In this document: piece by piece, positions 5,829 to 11,927 of the stretch
Position numbering within the stretch: the stretch's first letter is position 1
Layout: each line of letters begins with the position of its first letter
Origin: Armatimonadia bacterium
GTDB lineage: Bacteria; Armatimonadota; Zipacnadia; Zipacnadales; UBA11051
Direction: 5' to 3'
Length of the DNA: 11,927 nt
Assembly: GCA_039683575.1 (NCBI GenBank)
Contig: JBDKRC010000124.1
Span: forward strand, 1 to 11,927
The notes under the pieces: generated by a model
What the model saw: the letters and a program-made list of their open reading frames with translations, nothing else
Databases searched by the model: none
Told to the model about the DNA's origin: nothing
Program-made: the position numbers and the translations under genes

Positions 5829-7565
5829 ATGTCTCAGAAGCTTCTAATGTCTGGCAACGAAGCCATCGCCCGCGGCGCCTGGGAGGCCGGATGCTCCTTC
5901 GGCAGCGCCTATCCTGGCACGCCCTCCTCGGAGATTCTCCCCGCGCTCACCAGACTCGGCGGTGCCTACACCGAATGGGCCCCCAATGAGAAGGGCGCGC
6001 TCGAGTCCGCCGCCGGAGCCTCCCTCACCGGCGCCCGCTGTCTCGTCACGATGAAGCACGTAGGGGTCAATGTCGCCGCCGATCCGCTCTTCACGCTGTC
6101 CTACATGGGCGTGACGGGTGGCCTCGTGATCGTCTGCGCCGATGACCCGCACATGCACAGTTCCCAAAACGAGCAGGACAGCCGCCAGTACGCCCGCGCG
6201 GCCAAGATCCCCATGCTCGAGCCCGCTGACACCCAGGAGGCCCTGGACTTCACTAAGCTCGCCTTCGAGCTCAGCGAGCGCTTCGACACCCCGGTCATTC
6301 TCCGCGTCACTACCCGCCTGTCGCATTCCGACGGCGTCGTCGAAATCAACGAGCGCCAGGAGCGCCCCGCCGCCTGCGAGCCAGAGAAGAACGCCGAGAA
6401 GTGCGTCATGATCCCCGTCCGGGCCCGCGCGCGTCGCAAGCTCATCGCCGAGCGCACCGCGAAGCTCCGCGAGTTGGGCGCTGAAGCCAGCTTCAATCGC
6501 ACCGAGCCGGGAGACAAGTCCCTCGGCATCATCTCCTCCGGCATCGCCTACCAATACGCCAGGGAAGTGGCCCCCGAGGCTTCCTTCCTTAAGCTGGGCC
6601 TCACCTGGCCCCTGCCCGCGGACCTCATCCGCCGCTTCGCCCAGTCCGTGGATCGCCTCGTGGTCATAGAGGAGCTCGACCCGTTCCTTACCGAGCAGGT
6701 CCGCGCCCTTGGCCTCACTGTAGAGGAACTCCCCGAGAGCCTCCAGATCGGCGAGCTCTCGCCCGCCCGCGTCCGCGCCGCCCTCTCCGGCGAGGACTTC
6801 GTAGCCCAGCCCCGCACTGACCTGCCCGGCCGCCCGCCACAGCTCTGCGCTGGCTGCCCGCACCGCGGTGTCTTCCATACCCTTCGCAAGCACCGCCTGC
6901 TGGTCACTGGCGACATCGGCTGCTACACCCTCGGCACCACGCCGCCCCTGCAGGCCCTGCACACCTGCCTGTGCATGGGCGCCGGCATCGGCATGGTCCA
7001 CGGCATCAACCAGGCCTGTGGCAGCAAGCAGAAGGCCGTCGCGGTCATCGGCGACTCCACCTTCATGCACAGCGGCCTCACGGGTCTGCTGAACATCGCC
7101 TACAACCAGAGCCCCTCAGTCGTCATCATCCTCGACAACTCGACAACCGCCATGACCGGCGGCCAGGACCATCCCGGCACCGGTGTCACCATGGCCGGCC
7201 AAACGGGCGGACGCGTAGACCTGCCTGCTCTCTGCCGCGCCACCGGCATCCAGAACGTGACCGTCTTCAACCCCGCCGACCTCGCCGAGACCGAGAGCGT
7301 CATCCGCGAGGCCGTGGACAGCGAGGGCCCGGCAGTCCTGATCGCCCGCCGACCCTGCGTCCTAATCAGCCGCGAGCGCGGCGCCGCCTTCGCCATCGAC
7401 GAAGAGCTCTGCATCCAGTGTGGCGCCTGCCTGCGCCTCGGCTGCCCCGCGATCTCCGCCTACGAGAACGCGCAGGGCAAGCGCCAGCCAGTGATTGACG
7501 CCACCATGTGCACCGGCTGCAGCCTCTGCGCCCAGGTCTGCCCAAAACAAGCCATAGCCAGGTAG
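5829..7565 (+). CDS. iorA: Indolepyruvate:ferredoxin oxidoreductase alpha subunit
   Basis: Motifs: 'LMSGNEAIARGA', 'YPGTPSSEI', 'MKHVGVNVAAD', 'SSQNEQDSR', 'CAGCPH', 'GDIGCY', TPP-binding 'GDST...LDN', and a C-terminal 2x[4Fe-4S] domain (CIQCGAC...CP; CTGCSLCAQVCP). GAAAGG lies upstream of ATG 5829. Confidence 0.95.
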   Translation: MSQKLLMSGNEAIARGAWEAGCSFGSAYPGTPSSEILPALTRLGGAYTEWAPNEKGALESAAGASLTGARCLVTMKHVGVNVAADPLFTLSYMGVTGGLVIVCADDPHMHSSQNEQDSRQYARAAKIPMLEPADTQEALDFTKLAFELSERFDTPVILRVTTRLSHSDGVVEINERQERPAACEPEKNAEKCVMIPVRARARRKLIAERTAKLRELGAEASFNRTEPGDKSLGIISSGIAYQYAREVAPEASFLKLGLTWPLPADLIRRFAQSVDRLVVIEELDPFLTEQVRALGLTVEELPESLQIGELSPARVRAALSGEDFVAQPRTDLPGRPPQLCAGCPHRGVFHTLRKHRLLVTGDIGCYTLGTTPPLQALHTCLCMGAGIGMVHGINQACGSKQKAVAVIGDSTFMHSGLTGLLNIAYNQSPSVVIILDNSTTAMTGGQDHPGTGVTMAGQTGGRVDLPALCRATGIQNVTVFNPADLAETESVIREAVDSEGPAVLIARRPCVLISRERGAAFAIDEELCIQCGACLRLGCPAISAYENAQGKRQPVIDATMCTGCSLCAQVCPKQAIAR

Positions 7566-7578
7566 GAGCGCTCCCCGC

Positions 7579-7595
7579 GCGGACGCCGCGTCCGC
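7579..7595. repeat. Intergenic GC-rich inverted repeat between iorA and iorB
   Basis: GCGGACG-ccg-CGTCCGC, with an adjacent palindrome GGAGCGCTCC at 7565-7574. There is no U-tract. Confidence 0.4.
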
Positions 7596-7638
7596 CACGC
7601 GATCCATCTACGAACAACCATCGAAACGGTACCCAACC

Positions 7639-8223
7639 ATGATCACAAACGTCCTCCTGGTCGGCGTCGGCGGCCAGGGCACCATCACTGCCAGCCAGGT
7701 CCTCGCTGAAGCCTGCCTTCACCAGGGCTGGTACGTCAAGAAGAGCGAAATCCACGGCATGTCCCAGCGCGGCGGCAGCGTCGAGAGCCACGTCCGCTTC
7801 TCGCCAGACCAGCCCGTCCCCTCGCCCACCATCCCTGATGGCGAGGTCGACGTCCTGCTCGGCTTCGAGCTCCTCGAAGCTCTGCGCAGCCTCCCGCAGG
7901 TCAAGCCCGCGGGCACTGTCATCGCCGATCCCCGCCGCATCGTCCCGCTCACGGTTACCCTCGGCGGGGCCACTTACCCCGAGGACGCCGTCGAGCAGCT
8001 TCAAGCCAGCGGCCGCCGCCTCATCATCGTCCCCGCCTTCGACGAAGCCCAGAAGCTCGGCGAGGTCCGCGCCGCCAACATCATCCTCCTCGGCGCCGCC
8101 GCCAGGGTCCTCGACCTGAGCCTCGACGTAATGGAAGCCGCCATCCGCGCCACGGTCAAGCCCAGGGCCATTGACATCAACCTCAAAGCCTTCGCCCGCG
8201 GCGTCGAACTCGCTGCAGTCTGA
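7639..8223 (+). CDS. iorB: Indolepyruvate:ferredoxin oxidoreductase beta subunit
   Basis: Motifs 'LVGVGGQG', 'SEIHGMSQRGGSVESHVR', 'ANIILLGA' and 'INLKAFARG'. The 194-aa gene follows iorA. Confidence 0.95.
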   Translation: MITNVLLVGVGGQGTITASQVLAEACLHQGWYVKKSEIHGMSQRGGSVESHVRFSPDQPVPSPTIPDGEVDVLLGFELLEALRSLPQVKPAGTVIADPRRIVPLTVTLGGATYPEDAVEQLQASGRRLIIVPAFDEAQKLGEVRAANIILLGAAARVLDLSLDVMEAAIRATVKPRAIDINLKAFARGVELAAV

Positions 8224-8244
8224 GCCTCACCCCATCAGAACGCG

Positions 8245-8276
8245 AAACGGCCCGAGCCAATGGCCCGGGCCGCTTT
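8245..8276. terminator. Probable bidirectional intrinsic terminator between convergent iorB and the DUF1559 gene
   Basis: AAA-CGGCCCGAGCC..GGCCCGGGCCG-CTTT. The single mismatch is a G-U pair on the minus strand, and there are short T-tracts on both strands. Confidence 0.7.
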
Positions 8277-8297
8277 AGTTCTGCCTCGCTCGCGTCA

Positions 8298-8984
8298 TCA
8301 CATGTTGTCATACAGACAGGCGGGGTCGCCGTACGCCGGCCCAACCAGCGCCTCCGTTTTGACCCACTTCGCGTGTCCATCCACAAAGCCGCAGTTCGTC
8401 CCCTCATTGTGCGCCGGCCACGGACGCCGCGGATAGTACGTCTGCGACGTGTTGGTATACGCGCCGTCCAGTGTCGCGCTGTTGTAGTTGTAGGGGAAGT
8501 GAATCTCCCAGTGACACTGCGTGCTCCACACCCACTGCGCCGGCCCCAGGCTCATCGAGGCCACCGTCGGCACGCCGCCTTCAGCCATGAAGACCACCCC
8601 GGCGGGATTGGGCACCGTCCCCAGCGACACCCCGCCAAAGAACCAGTTCGTATGGATACCATACGACAGTGTCGTCAGGCCCGCCATGCTCGGACAGGCC
8701 CAGACCTGCGAGTTCTTGATGTACGGCACCAGCCGCCCGGCGACAGGGTCGTTCCAGTTCAGCGGGAAGCCCGTGCCACCCGAATACGCCAGCGGCGTGC
8801 GCTCGTCATAGTCCTGCGCGTACTGTAGCACTGCAAGCATGATCTGCTTGACGTTTGACAGGCAGCTCGACTGGCGAGCCTTCTCGCGAGCCTTCGCGAA
8901 GACGGGGAAGAGGATCGCCGCCAGAATGGCGATGATGGCAATGACGACCAAAAGCTCGATAAGAGTGAAACCTCTGCGTTGCAT
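8298..8984 (-). CDS. Prepilin-type N-terminal cleavage/methylation domain protein, DUF1559 family with H-X9-DG motif
   Basis: The N-terminus reads 'MQRRG^[43 protein letters not shown]', followed by 'YAQDYDE', '[13 protein letters not shown]' and C-terminal '[16 protein letters not shown]'. AGGAGG (8990-8995) lies 5 nt upstream of ATG 8984. Confidence 0.92.
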   Translation of the reverse strand: MQRRGFTLIELLVVIAIIAILAAILFPVFAKAREKARQSSCLSNVKQIMLAVLQYAQDYDERTPLAYSGGTGFPLNWNDPVAGRLVPYIKNSQVWACPSMAGLTTLSYGIHTNWFFGGVSLGTVPNPAGVVFMAEGGVPTVASMSLGPAQWVWSTQCHWEIHFPYNYNSATLDGAYTNTSQTYYPRRPWPAHNEGTNCGFVDGHAKWVKTEALVGPAYGDPACLYDNM

Positions 8985-9021
8985 GTGAACCTCCTGCATT
9001 CAGTAGTAGGGTTACCACTCC

Positions 9022-9033
9022 GAACAATTGTTC
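9022..9033. promoter_or_regulatory. Perfect 12-bp palindrome upstream of the DUF1559 gene, possible operator
   Basis: GAACAATTGTTC is an AT-rich dyad in a GC-rich genome, about 40 nt upstream of the start codon. Confidence 0.35.
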
Positions 9034-9070
9034 CCAACCTTCGACATCGGCTGTCATTTCCCCTGCCAGG

Positions 9071-9110
9071 AAATGCAAAGCGGCCGCCAGGCATGTCGCC
9101 AGGCGGCCGC
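9071..9110 (-). terminator. Intrinsic terminator downstream of purL
   Basis: On the minus strand, GCGGCCGCC-tGGC-gacat-GCCt-GGCGGCCGC is followed by TTTGCATTT, starting 28 nt after the purL stop. Confidence 0.7.
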
Positions 9111-9138
9111 GTATCGCTTCCAGTTTCGGGCCCAGAGC

Positions 9139-11505
9139 CTACCGCAGCACCCTCGCCAGTCCGTTCAGCCACGCGTCCTTGAGCGCATCCAGCCCCATCT
9201 CGATCTCCTCGCCACCCGGCAACTCGATCTCGATCTCCGCCTCGTCCTCGACATGGCCAAGCTCAATCAGTTCCAGCCCAAAGCCGGCGAAGAGCGCCTT
9301 CAGTTCCTCCTCATGCCCCTCACGGCACTCCATCACAAACCCGCTGGTCTCGCTGAACAGGAACTGGTCGGGCCGCAGGTCGGTCTCGATCTTCTCGAGT
9401 TCAAGCTCGAAGCCGTACTGACCCTTGCCATGCCCGCCCATCGCCATCTCACACAGCGCGGTGATGAGCCCACCGTCGGAGATGTCGGTGCAGGCAGCTA
9501 TATGCCCAGCGTTGATCGCATCGACCACCGCATAGATCATGCTGCGCTCATGGGCGAAGTCAAGCTGCGGCACGTTCGCGCCGAGGCCCAGCCCCAGCGC
9601 CTGGTAGAACGCGCTGCCGCCCAGCTCGTTCTTGCGCTCGCCGACCAGGAACAGCTTGTCTCCCGGCCGCTTGAACTGCATCGTCACGGCCTTCGAGTAG
9701 TCATCCATGACGCCGACGCATGCAATGACAGCCGACGGCGACACCGCGCTACCCGCAGCCGACTCGTTGTACAGGCTGACATTACCCGACACGATCGGCA
9801 CCGGCTGGTTCTCGTAACCCTTCAGCCAGATGCTCTTGGCCGCATCCGCCAGACCCCGCACGCCCTCGCGGAACTCCCAGAATGCCTCCGGCACCTCGGG
9901 GTTGCCAAAGTTCAGGCAGTCCGTCAGCGCCGCCGGCGTTGCGCCCACTGACGCTACGTTCCGCATTGCCTCGGCCACCGCATTCGCCCCGCCCCAGTAT
10001 GCCGAGATGTCGCCATAGTACGGGTTGCCGTCCACGGACAGCGCGCAACCTGCCATGCTGCCCTCGAGCGGCGCGCAGACGCCCGCGCCCGCCTCGCCGG
10101 GGCGGATAACCGCGTTGCCCTGCACTTCGCTGTCATACGCCCGGTAAATGAACATCCGCGAGCACACGTTCTTGTTGCCGAGGACCTTCAGGATCGCCTC
10201 GGGCAGCTTCGGCATCGGGTATACCGGCTCGGTGCCCTTGAACTCCTTCGGCTGCTCTTTGCGCTCATACAGGATGCCGGACGTTACCTTCTCAATCGGC
10301 GCGTCGCACACGATCTTACCGCCATAGATCAGCCGGTAGCGCCGGTCCGTGACGATCTTGCCGATGACTCCCGCCCGCGCCCCTTCATACACATTCGGCA
10401 GATCCCAGTGCTCGTTATAGATCGCCAGCACCTCAGGCGTGAACGTCTCCGGCACCGCGATCAGGTAGCGCTCCTGGGTCTCCGCGCAGCACACCGTCTC
10501 CGGCAGCATGTCGGCCAGCGCCATGTTCACATCGTCCAGGTTGATATCCACGCCGAACCCGCCGGCCTCAACGATCTCGGACGTCCCACAAGCCAACCCG
10601 CCGCCGCCGATGTCCTTCATGCCGATCGGGATGTTCAGCTCCTTGGCCCGCGCCCGCACTGCCTCATTGGCCTTCCGCATCGCCAGCACGTTTTTGAGGA
10701 ACGGGTCCGGAACCTGCACCGCGCCGCGGTTCGATTCCTGCTCTTCCTCACTGATGATCTTGCTCGCAAACGCGCTGCCGCCAAAGCCGGAATCATCAGT
10801 CGGCTTGCCGATGAGGATCAGGTCATAGGGCACGTCCGCAGCCTGCGGCGGCACAAACGAGTGAATGATGTCTTCCTCCGCCACGAGCCCCAGCGACACC
10901 ACATTCACAAGACAGTTGTCGTCATAGGTGGACGAGAAATACACGTCTCCGCCCAGACACGGCACGCCCAGCGCATTCCCGTACTGCCAGATCCCGTCCA
11001 CCACGCCGTCCACGATCCACTTCGTCCGGTCCGCCCACTTCCCCTCAGGGTCGCCGAAGCGTAGCGGGTCCGCCGTCGCGATAACGCGCGCGCCCATGCA
11101 ATCCACGTCGCGGACAATACCGCCGATACCAGTCGCCGCGCCCTCATTGGGCAGCACCTGCGACGGGTGGTTATGGCTCTCATGGGCCATCACGATGCCG
11201 TACTTCTTGCCCTGAAAGTGGGTGAAGTACACGATGCCCGCGTCCTCTTGCGGCCCGAGCATCACGTTCGGCCCTGTGGTGTGCAGGAACTCCTTCAGCG
11301 TCGGGCGGCTGCTCTTATACGAGCAATGCTCGCTCCACTCGGAGTTGAAGATATGCATTTCGACATACGTGGGATCGCGCCCGAGGAAGTCGGCCATCTG
11401 GCGCGCCTCCCCGACGGTCAGGCCCACGCCATTGTCATCCATGAACTGGCGCAGCTCGGCATCATTCATCTTTGAAACAGGCAAACGACGTTCGTCAAGT
11501 TCCAT
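9139..11505 (-). CDS. purL: Phosphoribosylformylglycinamidine synthase subunit PurL (small type, FGAM synthase II)
   Basis: Motifs: 'WSEHCSYKSS', 'ESHNHPS', 'GAATGIGGIVRD', 'AVQVPDPF', 'ETQERY', 'DCLNFGNP', 'VSGNVSLYNE' and 'DISDGGL'. The 788-aa protein has no fused glutaminase domain. GAGAGGA lies upstream of the start. Confidence 0.96.
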   Translation of the reverse strand: MELDERRLPVSKMNDAELRQFMDDNGVGLTVGEARQMADFLGRDPTYVEMHIFNSEWSEHCSYKSSRPTLKEFLHTTGPNVMLGPQEDAGIVYFTHFQGKKYGIVMAHESHNHPSQVLPNEGAATGIGGIVRDVDCMGARVIATADPLRFGDPEGKWADRTKWIVDGVVDGIWQYGNALGVPCLGGDVYFSSTYDDNCLVNVVSLGLVAEEDIIHSFVPPQAADVPYDLILIGKPTDDSGFGGSAFASKIISEEEQESNRGAVQVPDPFLKNVLAMRKANEAVRARAKELNIPIGMKDIGGGGLACGTSEIVEAGGFGVDINLDDVNMALADMLPETVCCAETQERYLIAVPETFTPEVLAIYNEHWDLPNVYEGARAGVIGKIVTDRRYRLIYGGKIVCDAPIEKVTSGILYERKEQPKEFKGTEPVYPMPKLPEAILKVLGNKNVCSRMFIYRAYDSEVQGNAVIRPGEAGAGVCAPLEGSMAGCALSVDGNPYYGDISAYWGGANAVAEAMRNVASVGATPAALTDCLNFGNPEVPEAFWEFREGVRGLADAAKSIWLKGYENQPVPIVSGNVSLYNESAAGSAVSPSAVIACVGVMDDYSKAVTMQFKRPGDKLFLVGERKNELGGSAFYQALGLGLGANVPQLDFAHERSMIYAVVDAINAGHIAACTDISDGGLITALCEMAMGGHGKGQYGFELELEKIETDLRPDQFLFSETSGFVMECREGHEEELKALFAGFGLELIELGHVEDEAEIEIELPGGEEIEMGLDALKDAWLNGLARVLR

Positions 11506-11556
11506 CTAACACTCGTCCTCTCAAAGCCCCGAATGATTTCCGGGAACACGGGTACT

Positions 11557-11586
11557 AATATAATCCGCCAGCCCCTCTTCACGCAA
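11557..11586 (-). promoter_or_regulatory. Putative sigma70 promoter of purL
   Basis: On the minus strand, TTGCGT (11586-11581), an 18-nt spacer, then TATATT (11562-11557). This is the only AT-rich patch upstream of purL and gives a leader of about 45 nt. Confidence 0.55.
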
Positions 11587-11608
11587 GAGGCGTGCCTTTG
11601 GCCGCGTG

Positions 11609-11754
11609 GTAGGCATGCTCCGCATGCCGGACCCAGTAACCGCAACCCCGGCCACACGAGCCGCCCCAAACGTCGTACGAGCCCGCCGCACATGTCGTAC
11701 GAGCGGCATCCCTGCCGCGAGCTGACGCCACCGGAGCCCGGCTTCCAGCCGGGC
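11609..11754. repeat. Cluster of REP-like short palindromes and short direct repeats
   Basis: Three hairpins: GGCATGC-tcc-GCATGCC (11612-11628, GTAG at its foot), GCGGCA-tccc-TGCCGC (11703-11718) and GCCCGGCT-tcc-AGCCGGGC (11736-11754, GGAG at its foot). GTCGTACGAGC occurs twice (11672, 11694). Confidence 0.5.
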
Positions 11755-11785
11755 GGGAGCCGCAACCCAACCCTCTCCGTCGATT

Positions 11786-11926
11786 CTACTCCCCCAACTC
11801 CACCTTCATCACGCCCACCGTCTCCGCCCCCGCCATCCGCACCACCTCCACCCGCGCCTTGCCCCCCAGCTACACCTCATCCACCCTCTCCCCCACCTTC
11901 ACCACAAACCCACCCGCCGGCGCCGA
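11786..11926 (-). CDS. 3' tail of an unidentified minus-strand gene running out of the window; in-frame TAG at 11870-11872, coding-like sequence continues to TAG at 11786-11788
   Basis: The frame translates as SAPAGGFVVKVGERVDEV*LGGKARVEVVRMAGAETVGVMKVELGE*. Nearly all codons end in G both before and after the first TAG, as in purL on the same strand. Confidence 0.4.
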
Positions 11927-11927
11927 A

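Noticed and set aside
5844..7070. 408-aa minus-strand ORF opposite iorA
   Set aside because: It is an antisense shadow caused by GC-biased codon usage.
9028..9951. 307-aa plus-strand ORF opposite purL
   Set aside because: It is an antisense shadow of purL that crosses the purL terminator and has no motifs.
11650..11720. Mini CRISPR array from the GTCGTACGAGC repeats
   Set aside because: The repeats are only 11 nt with an 11-nt spacer and two full copies, and there are no cas genes.
11466..11770. Small minus-strand ORFs upstream of purL as purS or a leader peptide
   Set aside because: There is no PurS-like sequence (no DPxG or LxNP motifs), the composition is low-complexity Arg/Gly, and the ORFs run across the hairpins and the promoter.
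11506..11780. Purine-related riboswitch (ZTP, PRPP/ykkC, guanine) upstream of purL
   Set aside because: I could not find the conserved cores on the minus strand, and the predicted promoter leaves only about 45 nt of leader. An Rfam scan would be decisive.

Overview
GC-rich bacterial chromosomal window, probably Armatimonadota-like; this is inferred only from the [18 protein letters not shown] DUF1559 prepilin. The + strand carries the 3' end of a GH31 glycosidase and a secreted CBM4/9-like + TIM-barrel glycoside-hydrolase-like protein. These are followed by a tightly packed run: MNT-HEPN(COG1895-like) / paaK / MNT-HepT(DUF86) / iorA / iorB. The - strand carries a stand-alone DUF1559 prepilin-type gene, a stand-alone small-type purL and the tail of an unknown gene with an in-frame TAG. 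The most notable feature is that two different MNT-HEPN toxin-antitoxin modules with atypical codon usage bracket paaK inside the aryl-acid CoA ligase/IOR operon. Each module lies between a 6-bp direct repeat whose deletion would restore an overlapping gene junction, and the first has a near-consensus sigma70 promoter predicting a leaderless mRNA. No integrase, transposase, CRISPR array or RNA gene was recognised. All family calls come from motif recognition by eye, not from database searches.
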